Source: Candidatus Hermodarchaeota archaeon (GTDB lineage Archaea > Asgardarchaeota > Hermodarchaeia > Hermodarchaeales > Hermodarchaeaceae). Taken from it: DNA of 64,000 nt. The stretch lies in assembly GCA_016839805.1 (NCBI GenBank), contig JAEOTO010000033.1, positions 1 through 64,000 on the forward strand, written 5' to 3'. A model generated the notes under the pieces. It ran no database searches, had not been told where the DNA came from, and saw only the letters and a list, made by a program, of their open reading frames with translations. Positions 1-9,602 of this stretch are shown in pieces. A program made the position numbers and the translations under genes. How positions within the stretch are numbered: position 1 is the first letter of the stretch; every line of letters starts with the position of its first letter.

Positions 1-101
1 ACATCACGGAAAAAGGCAATCGCCTCCTCCTGATTCGAGACAAACACCCGAACTGTCCAAACACGGTGAATAAAACTGACTGAACTCTTTTCAGAAGGCA
101 T
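1..101 (-). CDS. VOC/glyoxalase-family protein, N-terminal part (runs off window start)
   Basis: Manual translation from ATG at 101 gives MPSEKSSVSFIHRVWTVRVFVSNQEEAIAFFRD, matching the VOC N-terminal pattern 'V.VSD.E.A..FY.D'. SD-like GGTGG upstream. Absent from the ORF track. Confidence 0.7.
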   Translation of the reverse strand, partial: MPSEKSSVSFIHRVWTVRVFVSNQEEAIAFFRD

Positions 102-258
102 AACAGCCCACCAAATACATCCTCGTTATCCTGAGTCATAACTGTTGCTCCTTTCAAAGAACCGTTGCACTGGAAATTCTTGTTCACCACAAAGCCTTAA
201 TAGGAAGCACGTCGTGAGTGGCGCCAGTTAAAGTTGAACTCCATGAGGAGGCATACAC

Positions 259-1488
259 ATGGATTTTGAATTCAGTCAAGAGGAAGAAATGTTTCGAAAG
301 ACCGTTCGGGATTTTGCCCAGAAGGAGATTCGCCCATATGTGCGAGAAATGGACGAAAAGGGTGAAATGCCAAAGGGTCTTGTGAAGAAAATGGCAGATC
401 TCGGTCTCTTAGGCATTACGATTCCTGAAAAGTACGGTGGACCCGGTGGTAATTTCATGTTAGCCTGTATTGCCGCAGAAGAACTCGCACGGGCTGACCT
501 CAGTATTGCCATACCTGTATTTTACCTTGTCGAAGCCAGCTGGGCCTGTGTTTTTGCGCGCTATGGCACCGAAGAAGCTAAACAAGAAATTCTCCCCAAA
601 GTTGCTTCTGGCGAATATTTCTTTGGAATTGCTACAACAGAGCCCGCTGGAGGCAGTGATATCGTCGGGGCGACGAAAACCACAATCGATGAGAAAGGTG
701 ACAAATACGTTGTAAACGGGGAAAAAGTCTACATTAGTGGTGTCAAAGAATCAACAACCCTGATGAAAGGACGTTACTTTACCACAGCATATATGGACAA
801 AAATGCATCACCACGCCATCGTGGTATCTCAGCGTTTATTTTACCTGTAGAAAAAGATACACCAGGCCTTACCCCAACTCTCTTCGAAGATTGGGGACGT
901 ATGGGGATCAGTACTGGTGGCTTTGCCATGGAAAACGTGGAAATTCCTAAGCATTGGCTCATCGGCGAACCCAACCGTGGCTTCGTCTATTCAATGGAAG
1001 GCTTCTCCGCAGCACGGGTCATCATTGGCGCCACTTGTATTGGTGCGGCGCTTGGTGGACTCGAGATTGGCATGGATTATATCAAACAACGCAAGGCCTT
1101 CGGCAAAGAACTGGGTAAATACGAAGGCATCAGCTTCCCACTCGCCGATTGGTACAGTAAACTCATGGGTGACCGCCTGGTCATGTATCGAGCCGCTTGG
1201 ACCATGGACAAAATGTATGCAGGCAACGAAAAATACAGTCACTTTGACGTCGCCCTCTGGACCGCCATGGCTAAACTCCGCGCTCCAATCGACGCCTTTT
1301 CCATCCTAAATGAGGTCGCTGACTGGCACGGAGCATTTGGCTATACTAAAGAGTGCGAGATCGACCTCGGTATTCGTGGTGTTCGCAGCTACTCAATCGG
1401 TGCTGAAGGTGGCATGAATATCATGCGACTCATCATTGCTCGCGAACTCCTAGGTAAGGAGTTCGTCCCGTATGATCGTCAGAAATAG
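259..1488 (+). CDS. Acyl-CoA dehydrogenase
   Basis: MDFEFSQEEEMFRKTVRDFA start, TEPAGGSD, VNGEKVYIS, RKAFGKEL, HGAFGY and EGGMNIMRLIIAR motifs; SD GAGGAGG. Confidence 0.95.
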   Translation: MDFEFSQEEEMFRKTVRDFAQKEIRPYVREMDEKGEMPKGLVKKMADLGLLGITIPEKYGGPGGNFMLACIAAEELARADLSIAIPVFYLVEASWACVFARYGTEEAKQEILPKVASGEYFFGIATTEPAGGSDIVGATKTTIDEKGDKYVVNGEKVYISGVKESTTLMKGRYFTTAYMDKNASPRHRGISAFILPVEKDTPGLTPTLFEDWGRMGISTGGFAMENVEIPKHWLIGEPNRGFVYSMEGFSAARVIIGATCIGAALGGLEIGMDYIKQRKAFGKELGKYEGISFPLADWYSKLMGDRLVMYRAAWTMDKMYAGNEKYSHFDVALWTAMAKLRAPIDAFSILNEVADWHGAFGYTKECEIDLGIRGVRSYSIGAEGGMNIMRLIIARELLGKEFVPYDRQK

Positions 1489-1616
1489 ATTATCAAACGA
1501 GCATAATTAGGGAAAAAAGAGGAACAGGTTAGCGTAGCGAAGAAAATTAGATTGAGCTTCTTCTTGTTCACTCCCGTAATATAGAGGCGCAAGGTGCCTT
1601 GGCTATTCCTGGTGAG

Positions 1617-1892
1617 TTATTTACCAGGTTGATGCCATTCTCGTGTTTGGTGAATGAATCGTTTTGCCTGAATATATCCTAGTACCAAGAAGAGGAATGC
1701 TACGATCCAAAGTGGCATGGTGATTGATAACAGTGGTGTCGTCAATGGTTGAGGGAATTCAGGGGGGTACCAATATTCCCACATGAGAGCAGGGTAGAGA
1801 AAGGCTGTGGGAATTAGAGTGAATCCGATGCTAAAGAGGAGAATTACTATCAGAAATTTCTGCATCCAACCTGGTGGTAATTCATTATCCAT
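1617..1892 (-). CDS. Small two-TM membrane protein
   Basis: Two hydrophobic helices. SD GGAGG precedes ATG 1892 (the track start at 1910 is probably too long). Confidence 0.75.
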   Translation of the reverse strand: MDNELPPGWMQKFLIVILLFSIGFTLIPTAFLYPALMWEYWYPPEFPQPLTTPLLSITMPLWIVAFLFLVLGYIQAKRFIHQTREWHQPGK

Positions 1893-2061
1893 TTTTAGTC
1901 CTCCAATCATACATTAGCATTGGAACTGTAAACGTATTATTGATACATTCTTTCTTAAAAAATAACAATCCACGGAATTCTTTGTATTAGAACAACTGGC
2001 TGGTTCTCCTAAGTCATATTTCGCTTGCCGAACCAGTTTTATGTCCCAACATAGTAGAGAG

Positions 2062-2106
2062 TTTGGATTCGAACCCTTAAGGTATTATTTAGAGGGTTAA
2101 TCCAAA
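2062..2106. promoter_or_regulatory. Imperfect inverted repeat flanking a TATA-like box, putative operator
   Basis: TTTGGATT(CG)AACCCT ... AGGGTT-AATCCAAA arms overlap or flank CCTTAAGG in the divergent intergenic region upstream of the Lrp-type regulator. Confidence 0.45.
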
Positions 2107-2156
2107 GAAATCCACAGCATTGATCAACAGCGAATAGCTGCCTTGGAACACTTTGT

Positions 2157-3137
2157 GTGGTGACCATGGACCTAATTGATAAGAACATCATGTTTGAACT
2201 CTTAGTCAATTGTCGAGTGTCCTATCAGACGCTAGCCAAAAAAATGAAGCTCTCCGTCAATGGAATTAAAAAACGAATTGAAAAATTAACAGATACAGGA
2301 ATAATACGTGGATATAGTATTCGACCAAGTCTTGCTATGATGGATGCTGAAGGTGTTCTAGCCCTTATCACCACTGAAGACCCAACCAAGAGTGAAACCA
2401 TACAGGATATCATTGGAAACCATCCGATGATTTATGCTGTGTCTCTACAAACTGATGGCAGTATCATTTGTTATGGATTTTATCGGGGTTCACAAGGACT
2501 TGATGAACTGGGTACATTTCTTCGGCAAGTACCTGGAGTAACGAATGTAGAAATCCACACCATAATGGCGGAAAGGGGGAACAAATGCGAATTAAAACAA
2601 GCTCACCTAAAGGTCATTCAATGTCTTCGAGAAGACACGCGAATGCGTATTGGTGAAATTGCGACTCGCAGCAGACTCACGCCGCGACGCGTCCGTAAAA
2701 CCCTCAAAGAACTGACGACGGAAGGTGGTTCAAAGATGATCGGATACCTTCCGGGAAAAGGTCCAAGCGATATACGGACCATGCAAGCTTGTTTTTATCT
2801 CCGTGTGGACTGGGATTTGAACGCAGGCGGTTACACTGCCGTCGTTATTCGCATTGACCATGATGAAGGCACAGAAGAAAGGAGTAACCTCGTAGAATGG
2901 CTTAAAACCCAGTATCCGTTCGCATTCTGGTACGCCTATTCATCCGCACCAAGTCCAACCATTTTTAGTGTCTTTGTCGTGGAACATATCCGTGAGGTAG
3001 GTAAAATTGTCAGTGAAACCACACGTGCTCCTGGTGTTACCTCTGTGAAACCCCTATTAGGGTATCCTACGAAATCTTATCCAGGATTGCGTGAAAGTTA
3101 CTTCGACGAACTAAGACAGAAACTCGAAAGCAAATAG
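2157..3137 (+). CDS. Lrp/AsnC-family regulator with duplicated wHTH-RAM modules
   Basis: MDLIDKNIMFELLVNCRVSYQTLAKKMKLS...IKKRIEKL and a second HTH IQCLREDTRMRIGEIATRSRLTPRRVRKTL. Confidence 0.9.
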   Translation: MVTMDLIDKNIMFELLVNCRVSYQTLAKKMKLSVNGIKKRIEKLTDTGIIRGYSIRPSLAMMDAEGVLALITTEDPTKSETIQDIIGNHPMIYAVSLQTDGSIICYGFYRGSQGLDELGTFLRQVPGVTNVEIHTIMAERGNKCELKQAHLKVIQCLREDTRMRIGEIATRSRLTPRRVRKTLKELTTEGGSKMIGYLPGKGPSDIRTMQACFYLRVDWDLNAGGYTAVVIRIDHDEGTEERSNLVEWLKTQYPFAFWYAYSSAPSPTIFSVFVVEHIREVGKIVSETTRAPGVTSVKPLLGYPTKSYPGLRESYFDELRQKLESK

Positions 3138-3240
3138 AGAACCCAGATTATTCCACAACAAGTGATTCCGCTTGTAAAAGAGCTTATTATCGATTATTGA
3201 ACATTTTTAAGGAGTATCAACTCCTAATATTCGTGGAGGG

Positions 3241-3384
3241 ATGTTTCCTGTGAACTGGCCCCCAGGTGTCTTACCAGAACCGTATTGGTGGACGAGCTGG
3301 GGTGAGATGTTCGTTGGCATCATGGTCTTGATCATACTCATCCTCGTCCTTATCTGGTTCGCTAAAAATTACAAGAAATGGTAG
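3241..3384 (+). CDS. Small single-TM protein (47 aa; GTG 3250 is an alternative start)
   Basis: MFPVNWPPGVLPEPYWWTSWGEMFVGIMVLIILILVLIWFAKNYKKW*, with SD GGAGG upstream and a hairpin/T-tract downstream. Below the ORF-track length cutoff. Confidence 0.75.
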   Translation: MFPVNWPPGVLPEPYWWTSWGEMFVGIMVLIILILVLIWFAKNYKKW

Positions 3385-3403
3385 ATGAACACATAATCTT
3401 GAA

Positions 3404-3447
3404 GGGAGGGTAAACCTAGACCTCCAACCCTCCCCGCTTCTTTATTT
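3404..3447 (+). terminator. Hairpin + T-rich tract
   Basis: GGGAGGGT...ACCCTCCC stem followed by CTTCTTTATTT just after the small ORF. Confidence 0.55.
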
Positions 3448-3547
3448 AAGGAAGTTTGGAATATCAATTGCACTTCACACGTCTAGTATTTGGGGAGCCG
3501 ACAAATATGGTATACAATAGATTATGGATACTTTGGAGGGATGGATT

Positions 3548-6500
3548 ATGGTTGAAAGGAAGACACAAGCCACAATCCTAATGATAGTATTAGTGTTAAT
3601 TTATCCGATTTTCTCACCGTTATTCCTTCAAATTCCTTATTCACGTGGACCGTTAATCCCGTCACCCCAATCCACTCCAAGTATTGCAGCAAATTCCGAC
3701 AGAAAGGTTGAGTCACACAATGTGAGGAAGTATCCTGGTGGGAGTACATGGTTGAATTTCACAGACGATGTAACACGAGGAAAGCCTCCTGACATATTTG
3801 TGAAATCATCTGATCATCAGCGAATCGTTATTGGAGCAAAATTCTTTGGAATGTGGAATTGGACCGAGTATCACAATCTATCGCCCACTAAGACAATCAG
3901 ATTTGACACTTTTGAAATGCCCTTAACTGGACATAGAACGGAAATTGGTGACCCTGAACTTCCAATGGTGACTCGATTCATCGAAGTCCCCAGAGACGTC
4001 GATGTCACTGTTGAGCTTCTGTATAATACGTCTGTAATGCTGCAAAGAAATAATTTTGTATATCCCTATCAGGGGTTTGAAATTCCAATAAATTGGAGTG
4101 GTGCTCCCCCCACCTACGTGAATTTGAGCATTGTCTACAATCCCTTCCATCTTTATTTTTACCCAACTAATCGAGTTCAACTTTCTGGGGGAAATTCTGT
4201 AGATCCGATTATCATTCGTGGACATCGCGTAGTGGCCTTGAATATTTTCCCCGTTACATTTTCAGCCTTCACTAATGATTCTCTCGTATATCCGAATATG
4301 GAAATTGCCCTTAAGTATGATCGTCAAGCCACAATCCAAAGCCCTCCTGCTAATCTGGTCTCACCGATTTTTGATGAACTATTGAAAGCCATAATTTTGA
4401 ATTATGCGTCGTTAGCACAACCATATCCAGATTCTAACCAACCTCGAATGAAATCACAATCCATAGGGGCGGCAGCTGATTACCTCATCATTACTACTGA
4501 TGCCTTCAGAGCAGCGGTAGAACCACTTGCTGCCTGGAAACAGCGAAAAGGTCTCTTAACAAAAATTGTTACCGTTCAAGAAATCACGCAGGAAACTTCG
4601 AGTGATGCTATTCGGACAGCAATTTCTGGTTACATCGAAAATTCTTATTATAACTGGCAGTTAACTCCTACCTATATTCTCTTCGTTGGTGATGTCACAG
4701 ATATCCCAACCCATTATGCATTCCCCTATAATGTCTTACATGGGGAAAATATTAGTTCAGACCTGCCATATTTCACCCTTACTTATGGAAGTTACATTCC
4801 TAACTTCTTCTATGGCCGTCTATCCGTAGATACCGAAGAAAACGTCACCTCAATGGTGAATAAAATCCTAAACTATACGATAGAGCCAACTTCGAATCCA
4901 GATTTCTACAGTAGTATTGCGTCTTGCGCGTGTCTAAACTTCCTTGAACCCCAACTCTTCGCAACTGCAAATTTCGCTGCGGATTTTCTTAGAGGTCAGG
5001 GATACTACGTACACGATGTTGAAGGTTTACTTCCTTATTGGGACTCTGTTCCTTACAGTTTGGAAGATGGTCGAATACTCGCGTATTATTTCGGTCATGG
5101 TAAATCAAAGAATTTCGAAAGAAACCCCCCATTTCATAGGGATGACAGTGATGGCTGGGGCGCCCCTTCTTTTACGGTTGAGGAGGATTTTAAGTTTCTA
5201 AACATTCCTGATCGCATGTATCCACTAGTTCTGAGTATGGCCTGTAATACTGGCTGGTTTGATGGAGAAACAGATCAGGACAATCTGCGTGATCAAGGTC
5301 ATTCTGGATTCTTTGATGAGGATTATGACTGTTTTTGTGAAGAACTAACTCGTCTGGAAGAAAATGGTGCAATCGCGGTCATTGGAGCTACGCGACCCGC
5401 TCCCTTTCAAGCCACTCAATTGGTGTTTTTTGGGATGATTGGTGCGCTTTTTCCCGAATTTATTCCTCGTTATGTAATGGAAGGCCCACTGACTTTAGGT
5501 CAAACGCTTTATTTTGGTCAGATGTGGACTTTTAGTGGTTTTCATTTCTTTTCTGACATGCCGTTACATGGTTTTCTACAATTTCACCTCTTTGGAGATC
5601 CTGAGATGACCATATATACACGTCTACCAACCGAGTTGGCTGTGGAGTTCCCCGAAGCAATTGGATCACAAGGATTGCAATCCTTCGTAGTGAAGGTAAC
5701 GAATGAAAGTTCAGGAGCAGCAGTTCCAAAGGCAATGGTGTGTCTCCAAAACGCAGAGATTCATGAAGTCGCTTATACAAATACACATGGTCATGCTTTC
5801 TTTTTTGTTGAACCTGAGTTTGCTGGTGAATTGAATATCACGGTAACCTTGGATAACTGTAGGCCCTTTTTGGATGTCATTCGTGTGACAGCCTCTGGTG
5901 CTTATGGATTTTTGATTCCTGATCGGGGAGATGCAACCACCGAAATTACGTTTCAGGGCTATGAATTTCGAGCAAGCGAGCTAGTCACAGTAGAGGTTGA
6001 CGGGAAAAGTTTTGGGGAAATGAGAGCTGATGGGCAGAGGTTTGTTGAAATCGTAGCAAATCTGCCTGCTGGAGTAGGTTCAGGTCCCGTGAATTTTATT
6101 GCCTCCCAAGAAAATCCAGAACGGACGGCGGTTGTGTTATTTGGTTTTGATGAACAACCGGATCCTTTCATTTATTGTCAGTGGGATAGTACCACTTGGA
6201 ATATTGACTCAGAGGAAGGCGAGAGTAGTTTCCCGCGATGGGACAATCCCGATATCCAGGTAAGGAGTCTTACTGATTTCAATCCGGTTGGGACTTATAA
6301 TCTGAATGCACTTAACCCTTACGTGATTGATGCCACAATCCATAATGGTGCCCCAGCTGATGCTACTGGCACATGGATCATTTTTGAGTGGGCGGAATGG
6401 GGAATTGGCGCAATTCAATGGACAACTATTTCCGACCATTGGATTCCACTGATTCCCGGATACCAAAGCGTGAACATCACTTCCCTGCCCATTTTCCCGT

Positions 6501-7000
6501 TCCCAGGCAGTCTTCAGCGATGTGTGCGGGTACGAATTGAACATCAATATGATCTAAATCCCCATAACAACATTGGGACGGAGAACCTGGCTTTTATCTA
6601 CGTTGATCCCCACCTTTCTGGTGAGGTGAACATCGATTTCGCTCTTCTTTTCGTTGATGGCATTCAACCTGAATTGAACCTTATTGATAGTCAATCCGGT
6701 GATTTAGATCCGAATTGGCATGCCATTATACAAGCTCCATCTGCCTCGGAAATTACTGCTGAAGCATCTTTAGGGATGGCTAGTGTGACAGTGTCTTTGT
6801 CTTCTGATGTTCAATTATTCGAAGAACGAACGTATCTTATTATAGGTAGAATCGGAGACCAATTAGTTGGGGGCCTTGAGTTATACATCATCAAAGCAGT
6901 ACCTCCTCCCCCGCCTTGGTGGATCCTCCTCCTACTACTCGTCATAATTCTAATCATAATTTGTGTGATAATACTCATTCGGAGAAGACTCAGACCATAA
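3548..7000 (+). CDS. Membrane-anchored C25 (gingipain-like) cysteine peptidase
   Basis: N-terminal signal/TM, C25 propeptide (GDPELPMVTRFIEVP), DYLIIT...LAAWKQRKG, YILFVGD, YGRLSV, catalytic His (FGHG) and Cys (SMACNTGWFD), LFGDP, Ig-like domains, and a C-terminal PPPPP + TM + RRR anchor. Confidence 0.9.
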   Translation: MVERKTQATILMIVLVLIYPIFSPLFLQIPYSRGPLIPSPQSTPSIAANSDRKVESHNVRKYPGGSTWLNFTDDVTRGKPPDIFVKSSDHQRIVIGAKFFGMWNWTEYHNLSPTKTIRFDTFEMPLTGHRTEIGDPELPMVTRFIEVPRDVDVTVELLYNTSVMLQRNNFVYPYQGFEIPINWSGAPPTYVNLSIVYNPFHLYFYPTNRVQLSGGNSVDPIIIRGHRVVALNIFPVTFSAFTNDSLVYPNMEIALKYDRQATIQSPPANLVSPIFDELLKAIILNYASLAQPYPDSNQPRMKSQSIGAAADYLIITTDAFRAAVEPLAAWKQRKGLLTKIVTVQEITQETSSDAIRTAISGYIENSYYNWQLTPTYILFVGDVTDIPTHYAFPYNVLHGENISSDLPYFTLTYGSYIPNFFYGRLSVDTEENVTSMVNKILNYTIEPTSNPDFYSSIASCACLNFLEPQLFATANFAADFLRGQGYYVHDVEGLLPYWDSVPYSLEDGRILAYYFGHGKSKNFERNPPFHRDDSDGWGAPSFTVEEDFKFLNIPDRMYPLVLSMACNTGWFDGETDQDNLRDQGHSGFFDEDYDCFCEELTRLEENGAIAVIGATRPAPFQATQLVFFGMIGALFPEFIPRYVMEGPLTLGQTLYFGQMWTFSGFHFFSDMPLHGFLQFHLFGDPEMTIYTRLPTELAVEFPEAIGSQGLQSFVVKVTNESSGAAVPKAMVCLQNAEIHEVAYTNTHGHAFFFVEPEFAGELNITVTLDNCRPFLDVIRVTASGAYGFLIPDRGDATTEITFQGYEFRASELVTVEVDGKSFGEMRADGQRFVEIVANLPAGVGSGPVNFIASQENPERTAVVLFGFDEQPDPFIYCQWDSTTWNIDSEEGESSFPRWDNPDIQVRSLTDFNPVGTYNLNALNPYVIDATIHNGAPADATGTWIIFEWAEWGIGAIQWTTISDHWIPLIPGYQSVNITSLPIFPFPGSLQRCVRVRIEHQYDLNPHNNIGTENLAFIYVDPHLSGEVNIDFALLFVDGIQPELNLIDSQSGDLDPNWHAIIQAPSASEITAEASLGMASVTVSLSSDVQLFEERTYLIIGRIGDQLVGGLELYIIKAVPPPPPWWILLLLLVIILIIICVIILIRRRLRP

Positions 7001-7148
7001 TAGCCCCTTAAAGAGAAAGATAACACCCTGAATATGAACAACAGAAGGAATGCGAATCAGCTGCATATCAGATGATTCAAGCATTTGAAAATTAGCATTA
7101 TGTTCATGAATAATCTTATACAAACGAATGCGTAGATATTCTACCACT

Positions 7149-7892
7149 TTATTTTCGATTGTATCGGATTAGTATTAATATCGTGACTAAGATTGTTGGA
7201 ATGATTACCAATAGGGAAAAACCCATCAGACTACCAATGAATCTGGCCTGATCTTCAGTAAAGATGCCATAGATGTGCATGTTATGGTCGATGAGTTCAC
7301 GCGTAAATTTGTAGGTATAAATGGCATGCTGCGAGGCCTTGAGTTCACTGGTGTGTTTCAGAAGCACGCCATGGGTATTCTGGAAATACCAGGTTTCTTC
7401 TGTTAGTGCGTAATCATCGTCTAGAGACAGGAACGCAATGGAGTGGACTTGCCAACAAGAGTAGGTTCCTGAGGATAAGCGTAGGTGTTCAGAGGATACG
7501 TAATATTCACCTGGAATTGTAGGGATTTGAACGGTGACTCGATTGAACCATGATTGAGTGTTTATCCAGAGTGGAGGTTGTAATTGGGAGCCTGTCTGGG
7601 AACCGTTTTCGAATAGGGTGTTCCAGGTGTTTATGTCAAGGTAGATTGTTTCATTTAATGTATCTGTCCTGTTTGAATAAAAATCGACAAGTAGAACGTG
7701 CTCACCATGTTCTAGTGCCCATCGCTGAATGGTATACTGTTCATCCCAGTCTTCATAGGCACCATGGGTTACATGATATTCCAACGTTAAGCCAATTGGA
7801 AAAGAATTAGCCAATGAAGTACAATGGAGTAATAAGAAGGTAATTAGGAACAGCAATGAGAGTCCCATGATACATTTTAAGTGGGTCTTCAT
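7149..7892 (-). CDS. Secreted protein with C-terminal membrane anchor, unknown function
   Basis: Signal-like N-terminus, beta-rich core, C-terminal TM followed by RYNRK. Confidence 0.8.
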   Translation of the reverse strand: MKTHLKCIMGLSLLFLITFLLLHCTSLANSFPIGLTLEYHVTHGAYEDWDEQYTIQRWALEHGEHVLLVDFYSNRTDTLNETIYLDINTWNTLFENGSQTGSQLQPPLWINTQSWFNRVTVQIPTIPGEYYVSSEHLRLSSGTYSCWQVHSIAFLSLDDDYALTEETWYFQNTHGVLLKHTSELKASQHAIYTYKFTRELIDHNMHIYGIFTEDQARFIGSLMGFSLLVIIPTILVTILILIRYNRK

Positions 7893-7975
7893 ATTGACTC
7901 CCGCTTTTCCGTTTATTATGACTTGGAAGCTGAAGAATATATCTAGCTAACAGCAATATAGATTGCTCCTCATTG

Positions 7976-8111
7976 AAAAGAAAAAAGGTCACCGGGCCTT
8001 CAGGATTCCCTTCCCCTCCATTCTGGCACTTCCCGGTCCCAACAAATGGGTGGCACTGGACCTTTTAGGACACGGATTAGTGTCCAAGCCGAGTTAACCT
8101 GAAGGCCCGGC
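7976..8111 (-). ncRNA. Candidate ~120-nt structured RNA followed by a U-tract
   Basis: 13-bp perfect closing stem CCGGGCCTTCAGG/CCTGAAGGCCCGG (14 with G.U on the minus strand), internal hairpins GGACAC/GTGTCC and GGTCC/GGACC, followed by TTTTTTCTTTTC on the minus strand. No credible ORF. Confidence 0.45.
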
Positions 8112-8410
8112 TTTGCGAGCAGCGTTTAAAGGTCCTGTCCCTGGAAGTCGGTGGTTCGGTTGTTATGTAATCGTGATTAGCGACGAGAAGTTGTTATGGC
8201 AAAGTTGAATCGATCTCGGGGAGTGCCGCGGGGATTTTTCGCACCAGTTGCAGCACGTTCTGCAACAGGCATTTTCGCGAATTGATTTTTCTTCTGTTTG
8301 GTTTCTTTCTTATCGGTCATTTTTGTTCCACCTCCCTGACGGATCAGGGCAATGGACTATAACCATCAAATCGCATATTATTCGATGGGAGCTTAGCAGT
8401 GCAAGATATG

Positions 8411-8459
8411 GAAAAAAAAGAACGCCAGGTGACCTGTTTTTGCACCAAGTGGTGCAAAA
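8411..8459 (-). terminator. Palindromic hairpin(s) + T8 tract
   Basis: TTTTGCACCA-AG-TGGTGCAAAA (8438-8459), CAGGTGACCTG, then an A-run at 8412-8419 (T-run on minus). Confidence 0.45.
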
Positions 8460-8676
8460 TGTATACCACAAGAATTTTCTCCAAAAATGGATAACGGGTC
8501 TACAGAAACCCCAGATTTATGGATCTGTGGGATTGGGTGACTCTTCGGTTGCTGAATCGCTTCAATACCGATCTACCAACAACAGAGGGTATCCGTACTG
8601 GAGTTTTTGAAGACCCGCTAAGAGCTAGACAGTGATGGGAGCCGGTGAAATTCATGTATTCCACCAAGGTTTTCTC

Positions 8677-8820
8677 TCACACCCGTCGGCATAAGGCGAC
8701 CATCGCAGCATATCGGACACGAGGTTTAGCAACCGGAGATGGGTTACTGCATCCGGCAATGAAGCGCTCGATCGCTGACATTTCAACCAGTTTCCTTTTT
8801 TCAGGTTTGTACTTAGCCAT
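8677..8820 (-). CDS. Putative small basic protein (47 aa)
   Basis: MAKYKPEKRKLVEMSAIERFIAGCSNPSPVAKPRVRYAAMVALCRRV*, with a well-spaced SD GGAGG. No recognised family. Confidence 0.4.
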   Translation of the reverse strand: MAKYKPEKRKLVEMSAIERFIAGCSNPSPVAKPRVRYAAMVALCRRV

Positions 8821-9066
8821 TTTCTGATCCCTCCAATCGTGTTTTCAATCCGGGTCCCGTTCAGGTCCCGCATTGCACATGGATACTGTGTTTCTTATGA
8901 TATGAATCGATGGAAACCGAAGAGTGCAAAAATCTGGAGAACAAGCATCATGTTTGAGAAGGTTTGAACCGGCGGGTGAAAAATCAGTTGAAAACCCTTT
9001 ACGTTTTACTTAAAATGGAACCGAAAGATTATATTTTAAATCGTTTTATGGGTGGTCGGTGACCCC

Positions 9067-9588
9067 ATGAACAAAGTCGAAAAGGAGCCCGTTATGGGGA
9101 TTTTTGCGTTACCCGCGTTTCCCGTGGTACTAGTTACTGTCGAAGAGAACGTGATGACTGCAGCCGCATTTCATTTTTACTCTTTTGACCCGCCACATGT
9201 CATGGTGGGCATTCGTCCTCAAACCCTCACATATCAACTGATATTGAAACAACAAGAGTTTGGTATAAATATACCCACAACTAAACAGCTTGATATTGTC
9301 CGGACTTGTGGGGCAATTTCGGGTCGTGAGGAGAATAAATTTCAAAAAACCGGTTTAACCCCTAAGAAAGGAAAGGTCATTGATAGTGTGATGGTAGAAG
9401 AATGTCCCGTCAGCTTAGAATGCCGTGTGGTCCATGAAGTTCAGTTTGAGGGAAGTCATCGCTGGTTCATAGGTGAAGTAGTAGCTGTACAGGTTGATGA
9501 ACATTATTCACGGGATCAAGCTCTGATGTTTTGGATACGTCAATATCGAGAAGTCGGTAAAGTGCTGCTTGAAGTGGAAAGGAGATAA
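9067..9588 (+). CDS. Flavin reductase-like FMN-binding protein
   Basis: PVVLVT...ENVMT, EFGINIP, CGAISGREENKF, EECPVSLECRV, GSHRWFIGEV. Confidence 0.9.
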   Translation: MNKVEKEPVMGIFALPAFPVVLVTVEENVMTAAAFHFYSFDPPHVMVGIRPQTLTYQLILKQQEFGINIPTTKQLDIVRTCGAISGREENKFQKTGLTPKKGKVIDSVMVEECPVSLECRVVHEVQFEGSHRWFIGEVVAVQVDEHYSRDQALMFWIRQYREVGKVLLEVERR

Positions 9589-9602
9589 TGACTTTGATAC
9601 CA

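Noticed and set aside
2066-2077. GGGTTCGAATCC (minus strand) resembling a tRNA T-loop
   Set aside because: The T-stem does not pair and there is no cloverleaf; it is part of an inverted repeat.
7992-8110. Canonical twister ribozyme, 5S rRNA or SRP RNA
   Set aside because: Twister P4 cannot form (AAGG vs CACC), and 5S and SRP helix-8 consensus motifs are absent. Kept only as an unknown structured RNA.
8248-8610. 120-aa plus-strand ORF
   Set aside because: No SD, atypical composition, and it overlaps palindromes and an A-run; likely spurious.
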